Source: an uncultured Chloroflexia bacterium
GTDB taxonomy: Bacteria; Chloroflexota; Limnocylindria; Limnocylindrales; CSP1-4
Assembly: GCA_963813335.1 (NCBI GenBank)
Contig: CAWEYL010000006.1
Span: 32,001-96,000, forward strand
Length of the DNA: 64,000 nucleotides
Direction of reading: 5' to 3'
Part shown: positions 40,338 to 49,940 of the stretch, in pieces
Layout of the letters: the number at the start of each line of letters is the position of its first letter
How positions within the stretch are numbered: the stretch's first letter is position 1
Notes under the pieces: model-generated
Told to the model about the DNA's origin: nothing
The model's input: only the letters and a program-made list of their open reading frames with translations
The model's database searches: none
Position numbers and translations under genes: made by a program

Positions 40338-41552
40338 TCAGGTCCCGGCGCGGCAGATGGCCGGCGGCTCGCCGCCGATCGAGGTCGGGGGGTCGCCGAA
40401 CATCCAGGCCCACGAGTAGATGTTCCGCAGGTCGCCGTCCCGCCCGAGCACGCCGACGTACGTCGGCCCGCAGACGACCCGCAGGTTCGCGGTCCCGTTC
40501 TCGTCGAGGAAGCAGCCGATCCGGCCGACCGTTCGTCCCTGGCTGTCCGTCCACGCCGCGTCCCCGCTCTTCCCGGCCGCACAGTCGCCGCTGTCGGGCT
40601 TGACGCCGTAGGACGCCAGCCGGTCGAGGTAGGTGGCCGTCGCAGGGTGGGCGTCCGGGAAGCCGTAGATGCCGACCCGGATGGCCGTGGCGGCATTGAC
40701 GTTGCACTCCACACCGGCGGTCGCGCCGGCCGGCAGGTTCGTCCGCCGCGGCGGGCAGTCGTACGAGATGTCCTTGGCAAGCCCCGCGAACAGGGCGGCT
40801 TCAGCGGCGGTCTTGGCCGGGGCCGGCGTCGCGTTCAGGTCGGACTCGACGATCCACGGCGAGCCGTCGTGGTCGGCCGCGGCCACCCAGCCGTGGTGCG
40901 GCCAGCCGATGGCCTGGACCAGGTACCAGTCGTAGTCGTCGGCGGTCACGGGCCCATCGAGGATCTGCAGCTTCGTCCCGTGCCCCAGCAACGGGTCGAG
41001 CTTCGCCGACACGGCCTCGTCGACCGACGGTGCCGTCCTGACCCGGAGCCCGTCGACGACGATCTCGACGATGGTGTTCGCGGCGAACGTCCCGGGGCGA
41101 GGGGTCGCGCTGGGCGCAACCGCGATCGGGCTGGCTATCGGCGACGGTTGCGGTGTCGGCGACGCCGTCGCGGGCGGGCTCGCGGTCGCGCTCGGCGGGA
41201 CCACGCTCAGGTTCGGGTCCTGCTGCTGGCGGAGCTCCGCGGCGCCGACCGCGAGCGCCCCGAGGGCCAGCAGCGCGAGCACCGCGGCGATCGCCACCAT
41301 CCGGAGCGTGAGGGCCGGCGACTCCCCGCCGTACCCGACCCGCCGGGCGACCCGGTCGACCCGGGCCTGGCTCAATGAGTAGCGCGGCAGTTGCGCGATC
41401 GCGCGCTGGTCCGCCTGCAGTCCGGCGACGCGACGGGCGCACGCGATGCAGTCGCGCAGGTGCGCGGAGAGGGTGTCGTGCTCGGTCGGGCTCAGCTCGA
41501 AGTCGATGGCGGCCGCGGCCAGCTCGAGGATCTCGTCGTGGCTCGACGTCAT
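40338..41552 (-). CDS. Zinc-binding anti-sigma factor (HxxxCxxC) with TM, SH3-like and Cys-containing extracytoplasmic domains
   Basis: HLRDCIAC, one TM, GLRVRTAPS...GPVTADDYDWYLV...GWVA. Confidence 0.8.
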   Translation of the reverse strand: MTSSHDEILELAAAAIDFELSPTEHDTLSAHLRDCIACARRVAGLQADQRAIAQLPRYSLSQARVDRVARRVGYGGESPALTLRMVAIAAVLALLALGALAVGAAELRQQQDPNLSVVPPSATASPPATASPTPQPSPIASPIAVAPSATPRPGTFAANTIVEIVVDGLRVRTAPSVDEAVSAKLDPLLGHGTKLQILDGPVTADDYDWYLVQAIGWPHHGWVAAADHDGSPWIVESDLNATPAPAKTAAEAALFAGLAKDISYDCPPRRTNLPAGATAGVECNVNAATAIRVGIYGFPDAHPATATYLDRLASYGVKPDSGDCAAGKSGDAAWTDSQGRTVGRIGCFLDENGTANLRVVCGPTYVGVLGRDGDLRNIYSWAWMFGDPPTSIGGEPPAICRAGT

Positions 41553-42118
41553 CGGACGTCTCCTTGCCGCTCGAGCTCGAGCCGGACCCTGACCCGGGCG
41601 CGGCACAGCATGGTCCGCGTGGCGCCATTGCTCCGCCCGATCGCCTGGGCGATCTCCTCGCCGCTGAAGCCCTGCGCGGAGAGCAGCAGGGCCGTCCGGT
41701 CATCGGTGGGGAGACCGGCCAGGACCGCGTCCAGGGTGGCGGTCCGCTCCCGGCCGATGACATCCGATTCGGGCGACTCGACGGTGGACCCGCCGACCCG
41801 GCCGTAGCGGCTCATCCAGTCGAGCACCGTCCGCCCCCGCCGGCCGCGGCTGATGACCAGGTTCGAGCCGACGCGGTAGAGCCAGGCCCGGATGTTGTCC
41901 GGTGTCCGGCCCGCCTCGACCTCCTTGAACAGCCGCAGGAACAATTCCTGCATCAGGTCCTCGGCGGCGCCCTCGTCGCGGGTGGACCGCCGCAGGTAGC
42001 TGTACAGCTCGACGTGGTACTGCTCGAACGCGGCCGTCACCACCGCCGCATGGCCGCGAGGGCTCGTCGCCGAGACGCCTTCGACGTGGACGGGGCTGGG
42101 CTTCATCGCTTCCGGCAT
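41549..42118 (-). CDS. ECF sigma-70 factor (start uncertain, 42106-42193)
   Basis: AEDLMQELF, RAWLYRV, EEIAQAIG, TRTMLCRAR. Confidence 0.88.
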   Translation of the reverse strand: MPEAMKPSPVHVEGVSATSPRGHAAVVTAAFEQYHVELYSYLRRSTRDEGAAEDLMQELFLRLFKEVEAGRTPDNIRAWLYRVGSNLVISRGRRGRTVLDWMSRYGRVGGSTVESPESDVIGRERTATLDAVLAGLPTDDRTALLLSAQGFSGEEIAQAIGRSNGATRTMLCRARVRVRLELERQGDVR

Positions 42119-42329
42119 CCGATAGCGGGAACGCAGGACGCGCGGTGACGGGATCTCCCCTGAGGATACGCCTGCGTGGCTGGTGTTGAGCACGTGATCC
42201 CCGGCTGGTCGACCGCGGCGACGATGGGGGTATCGGCGGTCCGGGGTGGGGACGTCCGACCCGGGTAGATGTTTCAGCCGCAGCGTGTTCCAGCCGCGGG
42301 CGGGCTCGATCGGCTGCTACGATCGCTCG

Positions 42330-43751
42330 ATGAGCGACGGCACGCCGACCGCACCGTCCGCGATCCGCATCGAGCGCGACTCGATGGGCGAGATGGCCGT
42401 CCCGGCCGACGCGCTCTACGGCGCGTCGACGCAGCGAGCGGTGCTCAACTTCCCCATCTCCGGCCAGCGGTTCCCGCGCCGGTTCATCGGGGCGCTCGCG
42501 CTGGTCAAGGTGGCCGCGGCCGAGACGAACGGGGCGCTCGGGCTGCTGGACGCCGACGTCGCCGACGCGATCGCCGCTGCGGCGCGCGAGGTCGCCGACG
42601 GCGGGCACGACGACCAGTTCCCGATCGACGTCTACCAGACCGGCTCGGGCACCTCGACCAACACGAACATGAACGAGGTGGTCGCCCACCTGGCCGCGGC
42701 GCGGCTGGGCGGCGGCCGCACGGTCCACCCCAACGACGACGTCAACCGCTGCCAGAGCTCGAACGACACGATCCCGACCGCGCTCCAGCTCTCCGCCGCG
42801 ATCGCCATCGAGGAGGCGCTGCTGCCCGGCCTCGAGCGCCTGCACACGGCCCTCGTCGCGAAGGAGAAGGAGCTCTGGCCGGTCGTCAAGACCGGGCGCA
42901 CCCACCTCCAGGACGCGACGCCGATCCGGCTCGGGCAGGAGTTCCGCGGGTATGCCGGCCAGGTCGAGGAGTCGCTCCGCCGGGCCAAGGCCGCCCAGGC
43001 GGAGCTGCTGTCGGTGCCGCTGGGCGGGACCGCGGTGGGGACCGGGATCAACGCCCATCCCGAGTACGCCCTGCGTGCGTGCGCGCGCCTGTCCGCCCTG
43101 ACCGGGCTCGACGTGCGCGAGACGTCGAACCACTTCCACGCCCAGTCGACGCTCGATGCCGCCATCGCCGCCCATGGCGCGGTCCGGGCGATCGCGCTGA
43201 GCCTGTGGAAGATCGCCAGCGACGTCCGCCTGATGGGGATGGGGCCGCGGGCGGGCATCGCCGAGGTGGCCCTCCCCGAGACCCAGCCCGGGTCGTCGAT
43301 CATGCCCGGCAAGGTGAACCCGGTCATCGTCGAGTCGCTGACGATGGTCGTCGCGCGGGTCGTCGGCAACGACGCGACGGTCGGGTTCGCCCAGACCGGC
43401 TCGCTCCTGGAGCTCAACGTGATGCTGCCGGTGACCGCGGTCGCCCTGCTCGAGTCGGTGACCCTCCTCGGGGCGGCGGCGGCCAACTTCAGCGAGCGCT
43501 GCATCGAAGGCCTGACCGCGACGGCCCGCGGGCCGCAGCTCGTCGAGCAGGGGCTGATGCTCGCGACCGCGCTGGCACCGGTCATCGGCTACGACGAGGC
43601 GGCGACGCTGGCCAAGGAGGCGCTCAAGAGCGGGCGCACGATCCGCGAGCTGGCGCTCGAGCGCGGGATGGACCCGGCCGAGGTGGACCGCCTGCTCGAT
43701 CCGGCCGCCATGACCGAGCCCGGCCTCGGCGGCGGACCGGCCGGCGGCTGA
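42330..43751 (+). CDS. fumC: Class II fumarate hydratase
   Basis: RIERDSMG, QTGSGTSTN, GRTHLQDA, GSSIMPGKVNP. Confidence 0.93.
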   Translation: MSDGTPTAPSAIRIERDSMGEMAVPADALYGASTQRAVLNFPISGQRFPRRFIGALALVKVAAAETNGALGLLDADVADAIAAAAREVADGGHDDQFPIDVYQTGSGTSTNTNMNEVVAHLAAARLGGGRTVHPNDDVNRCQSSNDTIPTALQLSAAIAIEEALLPGLERLHTALVAKEKELWPVVKTGRTHLQDATPIRLGQEFRGYAGQVEESLRRAKAAQAELLSVPLGGTAVGTGINAHPEYALRACARLSALTGLDVRETSNHFHAQSTLDAAIAAHGAVRAIALSLWKIASDVRLMGMGPRAGIAEVALPETQPGSSIMPGKVNPVIVESLTMVVARVVGNDATVGFAQTGSLLELNVMLPVTAVALLESVTLLGAAAANFSERCIEGLTATARGPQLVEQGLMLATALAPVIGYDEAATLAKEALKSGRTIRELALERGMDPAEVDRLLDPAAMTEPGLGGGPAGG

Positions 43752-43764
43752 CGGCTCGAGCACG

Positions 43765-44499
43765 ATGAGCGAGTCGACCACCCTCGCGACCATGCGCGAC
43801 TGGCGCCCGGAGGCCTATGGCCGGAAGGGCACCAAGCAGGTCGCGAACCCCATCATCGAACCCCTGTGGGTCGGGATGCGCGTGCTTGCCGGCCTCGATC
43901 ATGGGGACGTCGGCGGCGACGGGGCGTACGGCTCCGGCGGGGCGATCGGGATCATCGACGAGGACGGCGACCCGGTGCTCGACCGGCCCGCGGTCGAGGC
44001 CGCGCTCGCCCGCGCCGCCCGCGTCCGGAACCTGATCGTCGACGGCTATCTCACCAAGCAGGTCGCCCGCGACGGGACCGGCGTCTACGTCGGACCCGAG
44101 CCGATGTCGTTCTCGGTCAGCGACCGGATGACCCAGTTCTTCGTGGGCGGCCGGATCACCAAGACCGCCGAGCGGGTCGAGAAGCAGCGCCTGGTCTCCG
44201 AGGCCTCGATCTTCATGGATGACGACGTCGTCTGCCTCGTGATCGTCGACCTGCTCTGGCTCGACGGCGAGTCGCTGCTCGACGTGCCCCTGCTCGAGCG
44301 CAAGCGGCTGCTCGACGGGATCATCGAGGAGTCCGAGCTCGTGCGCCTCGGCGCCTACGTCCGTCCGCCGATCGACACCTGGATCGGGTCGTGGCGCGCG
44401 GTCGGCTTCCACGACCTGAGCTTCCGCGGCGCCAACAGCCGCTACCGGCCGGGCGCGGTCGGCGACGACTGGGCCACGGTGGCGATCCCCCGCCGCTAG
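43765..44499 (+). CDS. Stand-alone ATP-dependent-ligase adenylation-domain homolog lacking catalytic residues
   Basis: EPLWVGMR (cf. EPKWDGxR), IVDGYL, DLLWLDGESLLDVPLLERKRLL, SRYRPG. Confidence 0.7.
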   Translation: MSESTTLATMRDWRPEAYGRKGTKQVANPIIEPLWVGMRVLAGLDHGDVGGDGAYGSGGAIGIIDEDGDPVLDRPAVEAALARAARVRNLIVDGYLTKQVARDGTGVYVGPEPMSFSVSDRMTQFFVGGRITKTAERVEKQRLVSEASIFMDDDVVCLVIVDLLWLDGESLLDVPLLERKRLLDGIIEESELVRLGAYVRPPIDTWIGSWRAVGFHDLSFRGANSRYRPGAVGDDWATVAIPRR

Positions 44500-44580
44500 G
44501 TCGCGGCGCGGGCGCCGCCGGCGCCGCCGCCCGTGGCACCCCGCATGGCACGCCCACCACCATGATGGTACGGTGGGCTC

Positions 44581-45996
44581 GTGCCCCAGACCGCCCTGAC
44601 GCCGGCCATCCGTGACGAGATCGCGCGTCTTGGCCAGGCCGACATCATGGTCGGGATCCCGAGCTTCAAGAACGCCGCGACCATCGGCTACGTCGTCCGG
44701 GCCGCCCAGGCCGGCCTCGTCCAGTACTTCCCGGACCTCCACCCGGTCGTGGTCAACTCGGACGCCGGCTCCCCCGACGGCACCGGCCGGGTCGTCATCG
44801 AGACCGAGCCGCCGGACTACGTCGAGCAGATCCTCCTCATCCGGCCCAGCCAGCGCCTCGAGCGGGTCAGCCTGACCTACCCCGAGATCGACGGCGTCGG
44901 CGGCAAGGGTGCCGCCCTGCGCACCATCTTCGAGATCGCCGCCGCGCTCGAGGTCCAGGCGCTCGTCGTCGTCGACTCCGACCTGCGCAGCATCGTCCCC
45001 GAATGGATCGAGCTCCTCGCCGGCCCCATCCTCAAGGGCGGCTACGACTTCGTGGCGCCGCTCTACGCCCGCTACAAGTACGACGGCACGATCACCAACA
45101 CGGTCACGTATCCGCTGACGCGAGCGCTCTACGGCCATCGCATCCGCCAGCCGATCGGCGGCGACTTCGGGGTCTCCGGGGACCTCGTCCGCCACTACCT
45201 CCAGCTCGACGACTGGACGCCGGACATCAGCAAGTTCGGCATCGACATCTGGATGACGACGTCTGCCCTGGCCGGCGGGTTCGCGGTCTGCCAGACGCGG
45301 CTCGGGGCCAAGATCCACGACCCGAAGGACCCCGGGTCCGACCTCGGGCCGATGTTCCGCCAGGTCGTCGGCACGATCCTGCGGCTGGCCGACCGCTACG
45401 CCGACCACTGGCTGCCCATCAGCGGCAGCCACGACGTCCCGGCCTACGGCTTCGAGCGGATCATCGACCCGCCGCCGCTCGAGGTGAACACGCTCCGGCT
45501 GCTGTCCGAGTTCCAGGCCGGCTCGCTGACCCTCGCGGACTCGTGGCGGCACATGCTCGCGCCGGCCACCGCCGAGACCGTGCTGACCCTCGCCAGGGAG
45601 GCCGGCACGCTCGCGGACACGGCGCGCTCGAAGCTCGGCATCGGCGGTGACGTGGCGTCGACGTCGGCGACCACCCTCGAGATGGCCGAGGCCGTCTCGA
45701 CGTTCCACTTCCCGGACGACCTGTGGGCCCGCGTCGTGTACGACCTGGTCGTGGCCGCCCGGAGGTCCATCGAGGGTCCGGATGCGGGCGCCGCCGTCGA
45801 GACGATGGTCGCCGCGCTCGTGCCCATCTACTTCGGCCGTGTCGGCTCCTTCGTCATCGAGAACCGCGCGGTCCCGACCGACGCCGCGGAGGACCGGGTC
45901 GAGCGTCAGGCGCGCGAGTTCGAGCTCCTCAAGCCGTACCTGATCGAGCGCTGGGAGACCGCCGGCGCCGAGCTCGCTGCAAACCGGCCGCGATGA
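44581..45996 (+). CDS. GT-A glycosyltransferase, glucosylglycerate synthase (Ggs)/mannosylglycerate synthase-like
   Basis: VGIPSF, GKG, VDSDLRSI, RQPIGGDF, FGIDIW, KIHDPKD. Confidence 0.75.
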   Translation: MPQTALTPAIRDEIARLGQADIMVGIPSFKNAATIGYVVRAAQAGLVQYFPDLHPVVVNSDAGSPDGTGRVVIETEPPDYVEQILLIRPSQRLERVSLTYPEIDGVGGKGAALRTIFEIAAALEVQALVVVDSDLRSIVPEWIELLAGPILKGGYDFVAPLYARYKYDGTITNTVTYPLTRALYGHRIRQPIGGDFGVSGDLVRHYLQLDDWTPDISKFGIDIWMTTSALAGGFAVCQTRLGAKIHDPKDPGSDLGPMFRQVVGTILRLADRYADHWLPISGSHDVPAYGFERIIDPPPLEVNTLRLLSEFQAGSLTLADSWRHMLAPATAETVLTLAREAGTLADTARSKLGIGGDVASTSATTLEMAEAVSTFHFPDDLWARVVYDLVVAARRSIEGPDAGAAVETMVAALVPIYFGRVGSFVIENRAVPTDAAEDRVERQAREFELLKPYLIERWETAGAELAANRPR

Positions 45997-47903
45997 CCGC
46001 CAAGCCGCCCCTCCCCGGCCGCATCCTCATCCCGGTGGCGAACCCCATGACCGCCGAGGAGCTGATCCGCCTCGGGGCCGCGATGCTCGACCCCAAGCAC
46101 GGCGAGATCTCGGCGCTCGGCATCGTGGAAGTCCCCGAGGGCATGCCGCTGTCCGAGGGCGCGACGCGCGCCCGCCACGCCCGCCGGCTGCTCCAGCGGG
46201 TGCTCGACTACGCCCCGACCGGGACGACGATCCACCCCATCGTGCGCATCGGCCGGCACGCCGCCGAGGGGATCGTCGAGGCGTCGGCCGAGCAGGAGGC
46301 CGACCTCATCATCTTCGGGTGGGGCGGCCGGACCGGCAGCAACCGCGAGGGCAGCGGCACGTCGGTCGTCTCGCCGACGATCGACGAGGTCGTCCGCGAC
46401 GCCCCGTGCGACATCGCGGTCGTCAAGCAGCGCGGAGCCAAGGAGATCAAGCGCATCCTGGTGCCGGTCCGCGGCGGCCCCCATGCCGAGCTGGCGATCC
46501 GCTATGCCGACGCGATCGGGCGCTACCACGACGCCACGGTGGTCGTCCTCCACCTCGTCCCGCCCGGGATCACGCTGGCGGTCCGCGCCCAGGCCGAGCG
46601 CGCGCTCGCGGCCTTCGTCAAGCAGCACCTCCACGGCCGCGGCGAGGCCCTCCTGCGCGAGGCGCCCAACGTCCGCAACGCCATCCTGCGCGAGGCCGAG
46701 AAGGCGGACCTGGTGGTCATGGGCGCCTCGGCGCACCCGGGCACCACGGGCGGGGAGACCCGCCTCTTCGGGGCGCTCCCGGAGTCGATCGCCCTGCGCG
46801 CCCGACCGTCGGTCGTGGTCGTGCGCACCCGCGAGACCATCGGCCGCACCACGTTCGAGCAGCTCGCGTCGCGGGCCGAGACCCTCGCCGCCGCCGACCG
46901 GGCCGCCGAGGAGGCCCGCGCGGTCCCGGCCCGCGTCGAGCGCTGGTTCGGCGAAGCCAACTTCCACCACGCGGAGTTCTCGGACCTGCGCCGGCTGGTC
47001 ACGCTCAAGGAGAAGCAGGGCCTCACGATCAGCCTGGTCCTGCCGACCCTCGACGAGGAGGAGACGATCGGCCCGATCGTCCGCAAGGCGATGCGCGAGA
47101 TGGTCGGCCGGGTGCCGCTGCTCGACGAGGTGCTGGTCATCGACTCCGCCTCGACCGACCGGACCCGCGAGATCGCCGAGTCCGAGGGCGCGCGCGTCGT
47201 CCAGCATCCCGACGTGCTCACCCGCTACGGCTCGTTCCGGGGCAAGGGCGAGGCGCTCTGGAAGTCGCTCTACGAGACCAGCGGCGACATCGTCGTGTGG
47301 GCCGACACGGACGTCCGCAACTGGCACCCGCGGATGGTCTACGGGACGGTCGGCCCGCTCCTCCACGAACCGAGGCTGCAGTACGTGAAGGGCTACTACC
47401 AGCGCCCGATCGTGGAGGGCGGCGTCCTCAAGGAAGGCGGCGGCGGGCGCGTGACCGAGCTCGTGGCGCGACCCCTGATCAACCTCTTCTACCCCGAGCT
47501 GTCTGGGATGATCCAGCCGTTGAGCGGCGAGTACGCCGGGCGGCGCTCGCTCCTCGAATCGATCCCGTTCTTCACGGGCTACGCGGTCGAGATCGGGCAT
47601 CTCATCGACGTCGCGGAGCGGCTCGGCATCGAGGGCCTCGGGCAGGTCGACCTGGAGCGCCGCATCCACCGCAACCAGGAGCTGGAGGGGCTCAGCCGCA
47701 TGTCGTTCGTGATCCTGCAGGCCGTCATGAAGCGGCTCGAGGAGCGGCGCAAGGCGCGGCTGTTCGCCGAGATGGGGTCGACGATGAAGCTGCCGCGCTC
47801 CGGGCACGGACGGCTCTCGCTCGAGGTCATCGAGCTGGCCGACCAGGAGCGCCCGCCGATGATCCGCATCCCCGAGTACCTGGAGCGCCGCCAGCCGCGA
47901 TGA
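45993..47903 (+). CDS. gpgS: Two universal-stress (USP) domains fused to glucosyl-3-phosphoglycerate synthase
   Basis: ILIPVAN...DLIIFGW...APCDIAVVK; ILVPVRGGPHA...DLVVMG; then LPTLDEE, GKGEALW, DTD, GGRVTE, QPLSGEY. Confidence 0.85.
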   Translation: MTAKPPLPGRILIPVANPMTAEELIRLGAAMLDPKHGEISALGIVEVPEGMPLSEGATRARHARRLLQRVLDYAPTGTTIHPIVRIGRHAAEGIVEASAEQEADLIIFGWGGRTGSNREGSGTSVVSPTIDEVVRDAPCDIAVVKQRGAKEIKRILVPVRGGPHAELAIRYADAIGRYHDATVVVLHLVPPGITLAVRAQAERALAAFVKQHLHGRGEALLREAPNVRNAILREAEKADLVVMGASAHPGTTGGETRLFGALPESIALRARPSVVVVRTRETIGRTTFEQLASRAETLAAADRAAEEARAVPARVERWFGEANFHHAEFSDLRRLVTLKEKQGLTISLVLPTLDEEETIGPIVRKAMREMVGRVPLLDEVLVIDSASTDRTREIAESEGARVVQHPDVLTRYGSFRGKGEALWKSLYETSGDIVVWADTDVRNWHPRMVYGTVGPLLHEPRLQYVKGYYQRPIVEGGVLKEGGGGRVTELVARPLINLFYPELSGMIQPLSGEYAGRRSLLESIPFFTGYAVEIGHLIDVAERLGIEGLGQVDLERRIHRNQELEGLSRMSFVILQAVMKRLEERRKARLFAEMGSTMKLPRSGHGRLSLEVIELADQERPPMIRIPEYLERRQPR

Positions 47904-47905
47904 GG

Positions 47906-48001
47906 GCGTTCCGTGCCGGGTCGGCGTTCCGTGCCGGGTCCGCGGTCCGTGCCGGGTCGGCGGTCCGTGCCGGGTCCGCGGTCCGTGCCGGGTCCGCGGT
48001 C
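47906..48001 (+). repeat. 18-bp tandem repeat, ~5.3 copies
   Basis: GCG(G/T)TCCGTGCCGGGTC(C/G) x5 plus a partial copy. Confidence 0.9.
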
Positions 48002-48020
48002 GCACCCTTGGCCGCCCGCA

Positions 48021-48194
48021 TATGCCGCTCATTCATATCCCTCGCACAGCGACGGACGGAAGGACGCGGAGCGATCAACCCAAGCCACCCGAAAACGCTC
48101 GGCCGAGCGCGCTCACGCTCGTTGACCGACCGGTTCGGGATCGAATCCGAGCCTTCAGCCCTCCCGACCGCAGAGGTTAGGAATGACCCGCATA
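48021..48194. repeat. ~174-bp inverted-repeat-bounded element, family B copy 2
   Basis: TATGCCGCTCATTCAT (48021-36) and AGGAATGACCCGCATA (48179-94). Confidence 0.6.
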
Positions 48195-48258
48195 TCCGTA
48201 TCGGTACGCGTGCCGTCGCGAGCCCGCCGCCGGTCGCCAGCCCGGCCCCGGTCGCGCC

Positions 48259-48792
48259 GTGACGCTGCACCGCGTCGTGGCCCTGACGGCCGACGAGTAC
48301 GAGGCCGCGATCCCCGGGCTCGGGGCGCTGCTGGTCGACGCGGTCGAGGGCGGGGCCGGGGTCAACTTCCTCGCCGGCGTGACCGTCGAGGAGACGTCCG
48401 CGTGGTGGCGCGCCCGGCTCGGCGCGGTCCGCGACGGCACGATCACCGCGTTCGTGGTCCGCGACGCCGACGACCCCGCGCGCATCCTCGGCTCCACGAT
48501 CCTCATCCGCTCCACGAACCCGAACTCCCCGCACCGCGCGGAGATCGGCAAGGTCATCGTCCACCGCTCGGCCCGGCGGCGGGGGCTCGGGCGGGCACTG
48601 ATGGAGGCGGCCGAGGACGCCGCCCGCGCCGAGGGCCGCTGGCTGCTCCTGCTCGATACGGCGGCTGGCAGCGACGCCGAGGCGATGTACCGCGCGCTCG
48701 GCTGGCAGGCGTTCGGGCAGGTGCCGAACCACGCGATGCTGGTGGACGGGACGCTCTCGACGACCACCTACTTCTGGAAGGACCTGCGGTGA
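48259..48792 (+). CDS. GNAT acetyltransferase
   Basis: HRAEIGKVIVH, RRRGLGRALM, LLLDT, YRALGW. Confidence 0.88.
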   Translation: MTLHRVVALTADEYEAAIPGLGALLVDAVEGGAGVNFLAGVTVEETSAWWRARLGAVRDGTITAFVVRDADDPARILGSTILIRSTNPNSPHRAEIGKVIVHRSARRRGLGRALMEAAEDAARAEGRWLLLLDTAAGSDAEAMYRALGWQAFGQVPNHAMLVDGTLSTTTYFWKDLR

Positions 48793-49934
48793 GCGCGGAT
48801 GGCGCGGCGACCGATGGCGCCACGCCCCATGCCGCCGCGGCCGATGCCGCCGTGACCGGCGCCGCGACAGGCGCCGACCGTCCCCGAACGATCCTCGTCG
48901 CGCCCGACTCGTTCAAGGGCTCGCTGACCTCGGTCGAGGTCGCTCGCGCGCTGGCGGACGGCTGGGCCCGCGCCCGCCCCCGGGACGAGATCGTCCTGTC
49001 GCCGCTGGCCGACGGCGGGGAGGGCACGCTCGCCGCGGTCGAGGCCGCCGGCGGCTGGCAGACCGAGACGGCCACCGTCCACGACCCGCTCGGCCGGTCG
49101 ACCCAGGCTCGCTGGCTGCGATCCGCGGACGGCGCCCGTGCCTTCATCGAGATGGCCGAAGCATCCGGCCTCTCGCGCGTTCGCCCGGACGAGCGCGACC
49201 CGATCGGCGCGACCAGCATCGGCACCGGCGAGCTCATCGCCGCGGCCGCGAGCGCCGGCGTCAGCCACATCACGCTCGGCATCGGCGGCAGCGCGACGAC
49301 GGACGGCGGCCGGGGCCTCATCGCGGGACTGGGCGACACCGGCCCGGTGGAGCTCGCCGTCGCCTGCGACGTCTCGAATCCGCTCCTCGGCGCGAGCGGT
49401 GCCGCGGCCATCTACGGCCCGCAGAAGGGCGCGACGCCGACCCAGGTGATCGAGCTGGACGCACGCAACGCCGCGTGGGCCGACGACCTCGAATCACGCG
49501 AGGGCAGGCGCGTCCGTGACACGCCGGGTGCCGGGGCCGCCGGCGGCGTCGGCTTCGCCCTGCTCGCGATCCAGGACCGCTTCACGTCGTTCGCCCTGCG
49601 CCCCGGCGTCGAGCTCGTGATGGAGGCGACCGACTTCGACGCCAAGCTCGCCCGCGCGGATCTCGTGATCACCGGCGAGGGCCGGATCGACGCCCAGACG
49701 GCGTTCGGCAAGACCGCGCTCGGTGTCGCGCGGCGCGCCCAGGCGGCGGGCGTCCCGTGCATCGCCGTCGGTGGCGGCGTGGAGCCCGAGGGCATCGCGG
49801 CCCTGGCCGCCGTCGGCGCGGCCGCCGTTCCCGTCTCGATCCCGCCGCTTCCGATCGAAGAGGCGATGGCCGCCGGCGCCGCTCCCCTCGTGCGCTGCGG
49901 GGAGCGACTGGCGGCCTCGCTCGTGTCAGGCTGA
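48789..49934 (+). CDS. Glycerate kinase (GlxK/GarK family)
   Basis: APDSFKGSL, ADGGEGT, GIGGSAT, YGPQKGA, TGEGRIDAQT. Confidence 0.92.
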   Translation: MSADGAATDGATPHAAAADAAVTGAATGADRPRTILVAPDSFKGSLTSVEVARALADGWARARPRDEIVLSPLADGGEGTLAAVEAAGGWQTETATVHDPLGRSTQARWLRSADGARAFIEMAEASGLSRVRPDERDPIGATSIGTGELIAAAASAGVSHITLGIGGSATTDGGRGLIAGLGDTGPVELAVACDVSNPLLGASGAAAIYGPQKGATPTQVIELDARNAAWADDLESREGRRVRDTPGAGAAGGVGFALLAIQDRFTSFALRPGVELVMEATDFDAKLARADLVITGEGRIDAQTAFGKTALGVARRAQAAGVPCIAVGGGVEPEGIAALAAVGAAAVPVSIPPLPIEEAMAAGAAPLVRCGERLAASLVSG

Positions 49935-49940
49935 CGTCCC

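Noticed and set aside
47906-48001. Possible CRISPR array
   Set aside because: Contiguous 18-bp units with no spacers and no cas genes
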